Made by a program: the position numbers and the translations under genes
The notes under the pieces: generated by a model
The model's database searches: none
Told to the model about the DNA's origin: nothing
The model's input: only the letters and a program-made list of their open reading frames with translations
DNA from: Trypethelium eluteriae
Lineage: Eukaryota
Assembly: GCA_051942245.1 (NCBI GenBank)
Contig: JAVECL010000128.1
Location: 1 to 47,700, forward strand
Direction of reading: 5' to 3'
DNA: 47,700 nucleotides
In this document: positions 35,195 through 45,991 of the stretch, piece by piece
How the letters are laid out: every line of letters begins with the position of its first letter
Numbering within the stretch: the stretch's first letter is position 1

Positions 35195-37728
35195 CTAAAC
35201 AACCATGATAACTTCAGGTTCGCCTTCTTCAAAGCATTGGTCATCCTCTACAATAAACACCCCAATACGTGAGTACGTTATGTTCACATTTTCGTTTTTG
35301 CGGACATAGTTGCTCACGCTTCTATTGACATTTTCTTTGCTCTTGTTAATATGAGCTACTTCTTGCAGATCCAGACACAAATCCTCTGTTCGTAGATCTT
35401 GATGATTTGACGACAGGACCAATCCCAGGCTTGTAGTGAGACGCAAGTAGCATACACTACCTCGTCTATTAGTCTTATCGCTTGCAGTATCAAACACTGC
35501 TATGCCAACTATCGTTGTTTCTTGAGGGCTAGATGCTGTCTTAGGGTATATCGCTTCGAGCAGAGCTGTCGTATCTGGACAACTTGTTAATCCCCTAAGC
35601 ATGAATCTGTTGCGCCAGGGGTCTCTAAGGCGATATTGTAAGAAGTCTTGATCAGAAAGCAAGACAGGCTTCAATATGCCCCTTATGAATATAGCGTTCA
35701 TCTGATTAGACTCGATCTTTTCATCCATTGCTCGGATGGGGTCCCACTGGGAGGTACTCATACACCTAATGTCTAAGATCTCAGCGTGGAGGTTTCGAGG
35801 ATCCGTGTACTTATTGCCGATCCGAGTGTATTCAACATGTATCGATCCATCCACACATCCCCATGACCATGAAGGAGCATAACGATTAGTTCGCTGAAGT
35901 GGAATAGGGTTGAGTCTTGAACTGAATCCGCCACCATTCCTCCAAAGGAGACCTCTAATCATATCTGTCTCCCATATACCAAACCAGTATCTTGAATGAA
36001 GATATATAGCTAATTTTTGTGCAATACCAGCCATAGCCGTCATTCTATCATTTGAATCGCTGATTTTGCGTGCGGTATATCGCTCAAGTAAAACGTACCA
36101 GTCGTTAAGTAGCTTTGCTTTTACCTGAGAATACTCCTCAAAACTTGAGAAGCTTGCAGAGTTGTTGATAACATTCTTGAGCATATTATCTTTCGGCCAT
36201 GTATAGGGCGAACAAGGGCTTCTCCCGGTGGCTCTCCACATCAAACCATCTTCTTGACAGTTGATCCTCTGGCATTTCCAGATCATTTGTTGACGACCAT
36301 AGATAAGCATTCTCCGACTTAGAACAGCTTCTTGAAAAGTCCATCCGCGTGTGGTGAGTGGACCGATGCCTGGGGATGGAGGCAATGAAGCAATAATGGT
36401 ACCCAGATTTGTCGACTTGTCTAAAACTTCGTCAGATCGATGATTTCGACTGTATTCAAGCTCGCATGGTGGTAGACTGGCGTTAAAACGCAGATTCAGA
36501 AACCCATTTGCGCTAGAAGTGGCAGACCCAGCAGCGATTGTAATGTACGCATTTCCATAATACTCAGCCATTTTGACAGACTCATCTTTGAAGTCTTCCA
36601 AATTCTCCTCCTTTTGTATGATGTACAAAGCATCTATCCATATGTATTGTAGCCCCAATCTTCGAGTAACTCAAATAGCATCTATAATTGTTTTTGATAG
36701 TTTTGACATAGCAATCCCACTTCGGAATTGAGCGATAGTCTCCTTTGTTGTTATGTACTTTTGGCCCTCTCCCCAGCAATACGAAAGAGCTGCATATCGA
36801 CCGTATACGCCACGAGTTTCACGTAAAATAGGTTCTGCATTTTGATCGCTGCTTCTGACGTCAACAACTCTTTTTGGGAGCAATGTTTCTTTCCCTGGAC
36901 TGCAGCCGTGGTGTTGATCACATGTTTCAATCCAGCTGGTGACAAAATGAAAGCAGGAGTCACTTGAAGGGTCTGGTGGCACTTCCCTACCAGATACCCA
37001 TCTTGCTGATGGAGAATCTGAGAAACCATTAGCTCAAATGCTGAAAACAACATTTACCGGTTCGTTCAAATTTGTCCATCATGCCAAAAGTACTATTACC
37101 GGGACAGTTCCTTCATAGTATCGATACGGGAGGTAACAGTAGATAGTTCAACAGGCCATAGAGCCTAAGCACTATCTCCAAAAACAAATCTTTAGCGTTA
37201 AAGTAGACTCGCCCACTGTGAAAGAACCCGCAATTAAATGGTAGAGGCATATTGTTGCAAATATAACAAATTAGTTACGCGAGCTTCGACATGTGCTGAT
37301 GAACTGACGCAACAGACCCTCTTACCTGGTCGAGCGTAAAGTCCCACCCAGCCATAAACAGCCGAACCCAATTCAGTGTTTATTTCGGGCCCATGACGTC
37401 TCCCTGAGTATACATGGATCTTACTTTGGAAATGTTCTTCCATGGTTTCTGCCCCATTGTCGTGCAATTCGGCACGTAGGCGGACGGCCGTGTCAGTAAG
37501 GCCGTCAAGAGCTTGCTTGTCCTCGTCTCCCCAGAACCTCCCTTCAAGATGAGTCTTAAATGCATCAACATTATAGCTCTCGCTCGTTACTAGGCAAGTC
37601 CAGAACAGATTGCACATTACGCATCCCGACTCTGCCGAGTTTCTCAGAGCAGCCAAAGTAGAATGATGATAAATGTCATTATCTCTAAGGTCAGCAACTG
37701 TGAGAGGCTTGCATAAGTCACAGTGCAT
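35195..37728 (-). pseudogene. HET-domain (heterokaryon incompatibility, PF06985-type) gene with one in-frame premature TGA
   Basis: Exon 37728-37326, intron 37325-37018, then WIETCDQHH..LPKRVVDV..YAALSYCWG..KTIIDAI*VTRRLGLQYIWIDALYIIQ..MAEYYGNAYITIAA..PLTTRGWTFQEAVLSRR..YAPSWSW. TGA at 36673-36671 is in the same frame as the downstream 487-aa ORF. Confidence 0.88.
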
Positions 37729-38215
37729 AATGGAATACTTAGTATTGTTGCTATTTGGATATGATCTGATGTGTCAAGAATGATAGCAAAAGATGCATCG
37801 AGTATGAAGTATGTGTAATGCGCTATAGTATAGGTGTAATTAAGAAATGTCCAGGATGGGTGAGCGTTCCAAGCGGCGGCGGTGGTGAGGGTGGGTTTAA
37901 GAACCGGTCGGAAAACTTCCGCGGTTTTACCTCCCCGAGCCACTCTATTCCCGAATCAAAGTGATCTATTCTCTCCGGACAACATCAGATAAGATGAAAG
38001 TATGTCTATCTCATTCGACAGGTGCCGAGGCCTGCCCGAACGAGAACCGTTTTCTCCAAACGGCAAACGCGGCCGCCAACTCTCCAGCACAATAATTTAC
38101 CACGAGCATCGTACCCACAGCAGTCGCGTCTCATTTTGGGCGCGAAAATTAGAGTAGCTCCGCACTTTTGATGGCAGGACCGATTCCCAGGCGTTATGTC
38201 CTCAATCCACAATAA

Positions 38216-39323
38216 ACTTCGCCTGGGCAGAGACTGGTCGGCAGCCCGAAGGCGTTTCAGAGGCCGAAAAGTCCGAGCACTGTCTTAAAATTGAGCCAGG
38301 TCCGCGAAAACAATGAGGCAGATGGCGTGCTAGATGGCCTTGAACGTAAATTCGGCGATGCTAGATCGGAAATCCAGGCGGAAGACAAGGCGCAGATACT
38401 TGTCAAGGTGCCAACCATTTCTATTAAGAAGCATCCCATCAATAGTCTGGAGGAGTCAGAGAGCACACATCACAAGACAAAGAAGACGAAAGGCTCGAAA
38501 GCCACTTCGGCCGGCGAGAAGCTTTCTCAGCCCCATGTTTCGGATCTTGACAAGCAGAGCGCAGGCATCATAATCCAAATTCTTGCAGGATGGGGCGCTT
38601 TGCGGCGAGTCGAGCAGTTAAGCGAAGCAACCCCCCGGCCGCTTTACCTGCGCGGCTTTCTCGCAGATGCAATGGACGTCGATCGTGACGAGCTGAAGGC
38701 CGGAGGCAAGAAGCTTATGGAGCCCTTCCAGTGGCGCTTGAAGAAGCAGGGATGATTTTTGCCAGTTCCGTCGATGACGGTGAGATAACTTCTTGACTTT
38801 GCAGACCACGACATGCTCAAAGGAGCTGCCCACATCTTTTGGATCGACGCGGGATTCGAGCCACCTGAGACACTGCTCAAGAGCCCTGCCAGTAAGAAAG
38901 ATCTGACCTTGGGAAACAGTTGGAAGCGATACTACCTGACGGCCACAAAGAGTGGACCATCACCAAGGGTTTGGATCAGACTATAGACACGGCCTCTACA
39001 ACGACTACCCTCTGGACCCCGCCCTGCATGCAACCACAGACGTCAAGTGGATTCAAGAAGACTAACTCAAGCTCCCTGTCGAGCTATTGGACATTTCATA
39101 CGAAATTGAGCGCTTAATCCCATCCGAAAAACAAGAGGGCGATGACAGCAAGCTGAAGCAGGACATCCCGTTCCCACCCTTTGATCGCATGCTAGAGATC
39201 GGCGTGCAGGACACGGAAACTCTCTGGCTTGTGCATTCAGGATGGGTCAAGGAGGCACGCGCGGCCTATCTAAGGGTACACGAGGCGGCGAGCGGAGAGC
39301 AGAAAAAGGTGGCGAACGGGTGA
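38216..39323 (+). pseudogene. Decayed protein-coding gene of unknown family
   Basis: Protein-like reading continues across TGA 38753-38755 and TAA 38786-38788 (LKKQG*FLPVPSMTVR*LLDFADHDMLKGAAHIFWIDAGFEPPE), an apparent frameshift near 38975, and TAA 39063-39065 (KWIQED*LKLPVELLDISYEIERL...). Confidence 0.6.
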
Positions 39324-41682
39324 TCCAGGCGTCTGCGGGCAGTATGGAGGCGTTCATGGAGCTGGAGTGGTACTGCGTAAAATGGGCTTGCGATGTCCTG
39401 CAATGTTAATGTCGTACAGTAACTTTGGGAAGTGCCTTGAGAGTGCTGCGGCGAATGGGTAGGAGATGAAGTAAAGAATATTTGTAGCTCAGGAAGGTCA
39501 TAGAGCCATGTCAACTGTAGTAGAGCTTTGAAGGCTAGGCCGTTGGACTAGGAACGTTGAAGAATGAATTAGCGAGCGATGGAAGTTGGTTGGTAGGTGA
39601 GGAGGAGGAAGTTTGCTCGAGCAGAAAGGAGTATCGCAAGGGCCGCTGACAATGATGGCCATGTCTCAGCCAACAACACCATTTTACGTTAACTCATTGA
39701 TGCAGTGGTTGCATAACCCAGAGTTTAATAGATAGGATAGCCTCATTCATCCAAATTTCATTATCGTGACTTCTCTATCTCGATAGTCAGGCCGTATCGA
39801 TCCTGACGTGATGTGTTCTGGGGAATCCACCACTAGGCGAGGTATCCTGGGAAAGTACGATGCGAGGCATTAGCCAACCACCAACAATCTGAGCCGAGTA
39901 CTGGCTTCTCCGTAACAGCCATTTTCAGATTCGAAGTTGACGAGAATCCAGCTGATGTCGCACATGTTGGCTCGGGTTCCCGCGAATTGCTCGGGAGTGT
40001 TTAAGAAGACCAAGAGCACAGAACATGCAGAACTTGGGTCCTCTAGGATAGCTCATATTTTTGGAGGCAATCGCGAGTCCGAGAGCCATACTATCCTGGT
40101 GACTATCACACGCAAGAGGATCGGAGTTCAAGATACATGGCGGCTTAATTGCTAAGAGTGAAACCATCGGAACGTCCAGTAAAGACGATGCAATCCGGCT
40201 TATGAGATGATCGACACGATGGAAAAGAAAGGAAGCTGCGCGAAGCTGTCTCTCATGCCAGATTGAGCGTAAGATATCAGAGATGGTGCCGTGCAGAGAT
40301 ACTGATGTTGGGGATCGCTAGAGTGGGAGGAGATGTTGCGGTGCCTCCTCGAATTGGAAGGAGCGCTCAAATGTGCCTGGGAGCGAGGATGCCTAAAACA
40401 AGGAAGCCGCTACCAAGAAAAAACGTGTCCTAGAGTTTTTACAGCAGCAAGACACTATAACAATGGCTACCTAGCACGCAAGTCGCGCTGTGTATCAACG
40501 AAGATGACTGAAGGAAAGTTGGGATAAAGAATGTCTGCACTCACGGGAGATGTGGAATTATGTCGAGTTTTGCGCTGAGTTCGGTCTCAGTCGTATAATT
40601 TCCAAATTGAGATAGGGTACGCAGAAGAATCGCGGCAGGCCTTACAGAGTAGCCAAGGAGTCCTGTAAAAATGGCAGTGCTGGCACAAATTCGAGTACTA
40701 GCGTTTCAAAAGTCGATCATCGCTCAAGGAAAGTTCATCTTCAACTGCGTATAGTACTAAGGTATAAGAAGAGCACGTATAGAAGGCTAAGAATGTAGAA
40801 CGATGGTGTCTTCACGAAACATAAGAGAATAATTCGCTTGGACTGGTTGGGTCCAGAGCGTAATCAACTAGCTAGCTACAGAGTCGAAAAGAAATCAGAA
40901 CATTTGGGGGGCAGAAACATTTAAAGGCTTGAGCCTGCAAGATGAGGAAGAATAGAGTAACGGCACATAGGTATAATCTGTTGAAAGCCAGATTGCAAGC
41001 CACCCATCATCGTCGTAGTGGTAGTGTGTGATTTCCTCCAGCTCCTCCAGCGCCAACCCCAGGTTCATGTCCACCGAACCGTCCAAACCAGCTTGCGATA
41101 TGCAGAGGGCCCATAGATACGCTCAGCTGCAACAGACATCGACAACGCAACATGTGAGAATGTAAAACTGTGTTGGACTTGTGAGTGTGCGACTGCGTAA
41201 ATTTTCAAGGGTACAAGAAAGAGAAGAGAACAATTTGGTGTAACTTGATGAGGAATGATGTAAAAAAAACGAGGCTTCGAGAAAGGATGAAGAAGGTGCG
41301 AGGGCGGTTTTAAGTACAGAAAAGGGAATTTTGAAAGGGAACTAAGCTAATCTTCAATGCTTTGGTCGGTCATTCAAGACAGGCCGAAAAATGGCTCTGG
41401 ATGCAACCTCCTCCCGAACACCTTGCAATTTGCGATCTTCCCGGTATCCACCCAGCCGTCCCTTGTTGTTTGGTCTATTATCCCGTCCGCCCAATCACCC
41501 TGCAGCGAAAGGCCGTAAAGTTGCAAGTCGTGTGACGAAAACTCCAATGAAATGGACAAATTGAGAGGTCAGAAGTTTTGATATGATTGGTTTTGCTCCC
41601 CGGCAGAGTTGGTGTTGGGAGATTTGTACTCAGTTTGGCGCTGTTGCCGGAAAGATACTGTTGTGAATCTTAGCAATTCAAT

Positions 41683-43955
41683 CTAGGCGGCAGGAGAACG
41701 GCTTGAGGTTGCATTCGCACCGTTCCTACGACCATCATCGCCCATAGAGAGTCCTCCAATGCCAGACGACAGAAAGGAGAAGGGATCAGTTCCGCTGTCA
41801 GTACTGTAGAGGCCACCGTTCGGGAAGCCAGCAGTACCTTGGTTGGGCATCTGGCCGGCGGAGGAAAAGGCGGCCTCAGCAGCACGGCTGTCGAAGCCTC
41901 CAGAACCCATGCCTCCGTTGGCACCGTACTGGGCATTCATGGGTGGATACGGGCTGGCTCCGGCACCAAGACCAGATGGAAGAGCGTATGTGCTTGGAGG
42001 GCCGCCGTAATGTTGGCCAGGAAATCCTGCACCCGAACCAAAGCCACCGGCTCCACCAAAGGGTCCAGGTCCTGGGGTGCCGGTCATTGAAGGAGGAGCT
42101 CCCATGCCGAAGTTGGAAGGTGCGTCCATAGGAGATGGATAGGCTGAATCTGCAACAACAGCGGCACCAGCCCTGCTTGCACCGCAACGAAGACAGCTGA
42201 TATTCTTGGCAAAGTTGTGATAAGCGCAGCCTTCAGAACCACACTTCCAATCCCCAGCACGAAAGGGAACGACGCCGCCTCCACCACGTCCACCGCCACC
42301 CATCATACCATGTCCGTGACCAGGACCGTGGCCCATGGGATGGTGACCCATCATACCTGGGTGTCCATAGCCATACCCGAATCCCATGGGATCACCTGCT
42401 GGTCCACTGGGCATGGCTGGGTAGGAGCAGCGGAAACAGGCAGTGCGGCGTTGGAAATTGGAAAAGCCACAAGATGGACAAGTCCAGTCTCCAGGTCTGG
42501 GTCGATTCTTGCTGGGTGGGAAAGGTGTAAGGATTTCGGCTGCACGGTCAAGTACGCGACTGGATGATGGAGAGACCTCGATTGCCTTCTCATTGAGTGC
42601 GCGACCGTTCATGCAGAGACTTTCGGCTGCCTGTTGACGACATCTGTTAGTTGCCATTATGCAGTAGTTGACGAAGTAAGGATTGGTAGATGATTTGGCA
42701 GTATTTTGTTTAACAAAAAAACAAACAAAAGGAAATGAAAAGTGCAAGTGCTCGAAATGAAGGTATTGCGTTGGTGGTGAAGGTGACAGATGAAAGAATC
42801 AAAACCAGATCTATACGAAAATTTGAAGGTAGGTGGCATGGTGACGTAGCGAATAGCGGCACATGGAAACGTGACAACTTCGCCGATAAACGTCAAATGA
42901 GCCACTCTTACCTCTTCATGGGATGAAAAGACAGCAAAACCTGATCCTGTAGGCTTGTGTTGATCAGGTGTTCGGAGCGTCCAAAAAGCAATAGGTCTCC
43001 CGCCATACTGCGTGAACCAGCTTTCGAGCTCAGACTGGGTGGTATCATGGGGAAGACCATTCATGTGGAGAACCTTACTCCTTTCAGAGAGAAAAGCACG
43101 AACATCTGCTCTGGCATCCATTGGGCGTGTGAGGACGTCGGGATGGTCTTGAGGAGGCTGAGATTTGCGGATAAGACCGCGAAGGACTCTCGCTAGCGTG
43201 ACAGCCTCTTCCATTGCCCGCCGTGGCGAAGCTGGAGCTAAGGCTTGTAGGTGAAACGGTAAATTGTGCTTGATGGGTGCAGATGACTGCACTGGTTCCA
43301 CTTCTAAGGCGGCACAGATATTCGCCAATGCACTTGAGCCGAACGGGAGGGACTCTGGATGATGAGCCTGCCATCTTTGATATTCCGTACGCAAGTCATA
43401 AGTGCTGGAGTGCTGCAGGTATGGTGGCAACACGACAGCCTTATCCCGGGCTTCCCTGGGAAGCTGCACACGGAGATCCCATGAGTCCAAGGTCACGAAG
43501 GAGAATTCGAGGTTATTAGGGAGCAGGTGCTCTTGGGCGAACTGGTCGAATCGGTTGACTGCATCGCGGAAAGTGCCGGCATTGCGTACATGTTCCCAGG
43601 TAAGGGTAGTCAAGCTGGCTAAAGGTGGGTCAGCTAAGGCTAGCGTTTGTCAAGATTCCGGACTGGTTCTCTCACTGCAAAGCGGTGTAATGGGGGTGTT
43701 TACGGGCTTGACGAGCACGCTCTCGCGGTGTAGCTGCAGCAAGCCGGGTCAGTCAAACGAAGGGGTACCTTTCACAAAACTAGAGACGCGGCACCTCACC
43801 TCATCACAAGTCTTTGCATCCAGCAAGATCCAGCCCAGCTCAATGACCTCGGCGGAATCTTTGGTGACATATACGCCATGCTCATCGCAAGTGGTGGCTA
43901 CGTGAATCACGACGTATCGATCGAGGTTGTTGGTTTGGGACTGTTGCACGGCCAT
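41683..43955 (-). CDS. NRP1: RNA-binding protein with exonuclease-like N-domain, RRM and two RanBP2-type zinc fingers (yeast Nrp1-like)
   Basis: Exons 43955-43800, 43733-43676, 43618-42912, 42630-41683. YVVIHVATTCDEHGVYVTKDSAEVIELGW; RRM VLHMNGLPHDTTQSELESWF..GSGFAVFSSHEEAAESL; RPGDWTCPSCGFSNFQRRTACFRC; RAGDWKCGSEGCAYHNFAKNISCLRCG. Confidence 0.9.
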
Positions 43956-44689
43956 GACGGCGGGAATTTTCGAAGTCTACCGAAGTCTGAGACTGCCGCG
44001 GGCGTTGGTGAGGTCTGCAACAAGCGGGTTCACGGCGAGAGAGTCGTGTGGGAAGCCGACGAATGGAGGATTGAATGCTGCAGCACACTGACGCTGCGGC
44101 AGAGGACTGTACGTAGCTCGTGGCAGGAGGAAGGAGGCGCGTACGTCGGTGTGGAGCAAATTATAGGCTTTCGGAAGCAAGATCCTTGATGCTGGTCGGA
44201 ACAAGATTTTAAATGAAGGCCTCTCTGACAACACCGACTCCCGCTCCGGACGCCCAGCACAAGCACTCTGGCACAACAGAAAGGGGGTGGGGGGAAACGA
44301 CAGGAGGGAGAGACAGCCCGGGCAGCGTCTGGGTTGGAGGAGGCGGAGTAGGAGGGAGGAGATGGTTGGGTGGTGAGGTGGGGAGAGAGGGTAGAGTGGT
44401 AAAGTGGTGGAAGGTAAGGTAGAGTGGTAGGGTGGAAGAGAATGGGCGGAGCTAGCAGTTCGGCTGATGGACGGCACGGCGTCAGAGGGCAGAAGCAGAG
44501 TAGCCACCAGCGAGCAGCCAGCACGCCAGGGACCAGTCAAAAAGGGCAGCAGGAGACCGGGTTTAGGTCAGCAGCGAGCACAAAATAATCAATCATCCTG
44601 AAGCGATGCAGCGCTTTCCGTCCATCACGACTATTTCGAGCCGAGGCCTGCAGCAGCGAGCAAAGCGGATACCTTAGCACCTTAGTGTG

Positions 44690-44739
44690 CAGTACAGGAC
44701 TACAGGCAGTACAGGCAGTACAAGCAGGACAGGCAGTAG
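44690..44739. repeat. Imperfect 9-bp tandem repeat (TACAGGCAG) x about 5
   Basis: cagtacaggac tacaggcag tacaggcag tacaagcag gacaggcag tag read directly. Confidence 0.8.
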
Positions 44740-45991
44740 TTGGTGAGCACGGTGAGTTAGTTACAGCCAGGACGAGGACAGGCCCAGGCGCAGCGAACAG
44801 ATGAACAAATGACCAGTCGCCGTCGTGCTGGCCCTCCCCCTGGTGCCGTGGATGCCAGGAACCCGCCGGGCGGATGACGATTTATGTCCAACGAGCTTGT
44901 GCCGGTGGTGAAACGCTGCCGAAAATAAAAGGCCAGGCACGCGAGGGCAACGTGCAAAAAAAAAATATCCACACCTTGGTGCCTCTATAGTAAACCAGCC
45001 AACTGCCGCCCGTTACACCACCAGGCTTCCACGTTTCCTCGCCCTCGCCCATACGAGCAGGGCTGAGTTTATTTGTACTACCGCCGACGCCGCGCTTCCG
45101 GACAGGCCAGAATGACTTCATCTTCCATCTTTTCCAGGCTTTTTTCATGTAGCTAGCGGCTGCGGCCCTCAGCCCGAGGGGCGCCAAGGCCAGTCCACGA
45201 CGTCGTGCAAGGATGCTGCAGCCGCCAGAAGGCGAATCGAAGCATCCCCGTTAGGCCCGTTACACCTGATTTAATCCCACCGCATCACCGCATCACCCAT
45301 CACCGCGTCCTGCTTCCAGGGCTCGATGCTGCCAATCCTGGCTCAACAGCCAGATAAGCTTCTTTTTAGAAACTCCCGCTCCACCGCAGCCCTGGCAGTC
45401 CGCCGTGGGCGAATGCCGCATGTATGGTACATGGCCGTTTCAATCGCATCCAATTGCCCCGCTCCCGCTGCCGCTGCCTCTAACGCGCCGGGGACTGATC
45501 GCCCTGAAACATCACGGAATTGCTTTTCTCTCTTTTTTGGGTTTTTTTGCACTTGTTGCTCAGCGGGTTCGCGGCTGAGCTCAGCATGCAGTCACCCGCG
45601 CGTAGATGGTGGCAGATGGTGCAGCCTCCCGCAGCCCATCTCACAGGAGAGATGACTCTACGCCGGCTTGCATTGTGATTGTGTCTCCGTGTCGATTCAG
45701 CATTGGCTGAGACCTTAGTATTATTGGGATGCTGCAGCACAACCGAATTAATTGATAATTGATTACTCTTTCCATTTCCAAGCTTCCAAGCGACTAGCAA
45801 AGGGTGAGAGCGAGAAGCAGCACGACCAGCAACAGGTACTCCGTTCCGTACACCTCAGCTTTCCCCGCGGCTACCTCCGGACTAGGTTCCGGTTCAGGGG
45901 TTCAGCCTCTCCACGCCACTACCTAACCTCCAATACTCGAATCCATCGCCAACTTTTATTGCCCTCATCATCTCCTCTTCCTTATCGAGCT

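Noticed and set aside
41683..41685. CC-TAG stop as a possible A-to-I editing or readthrough site
   Set aside because: The downstream extension shows no recognisable motif and nothing in the sequence indicates editing in this lineage.
42631..42911. 281-nt intron as a possible snoRNA host
   Set aside because: No convincing box C (RTGATGA) with box D (CTGA) pair, or H/ACA structure, seen by eye.
43977..44540. 187-aa and 164-aa minus-strand ORFs upstream of the NRP1-like gene
   Set aside because: Low-complexity translations of a pyrimidine-rich leader with non-ATG starts.
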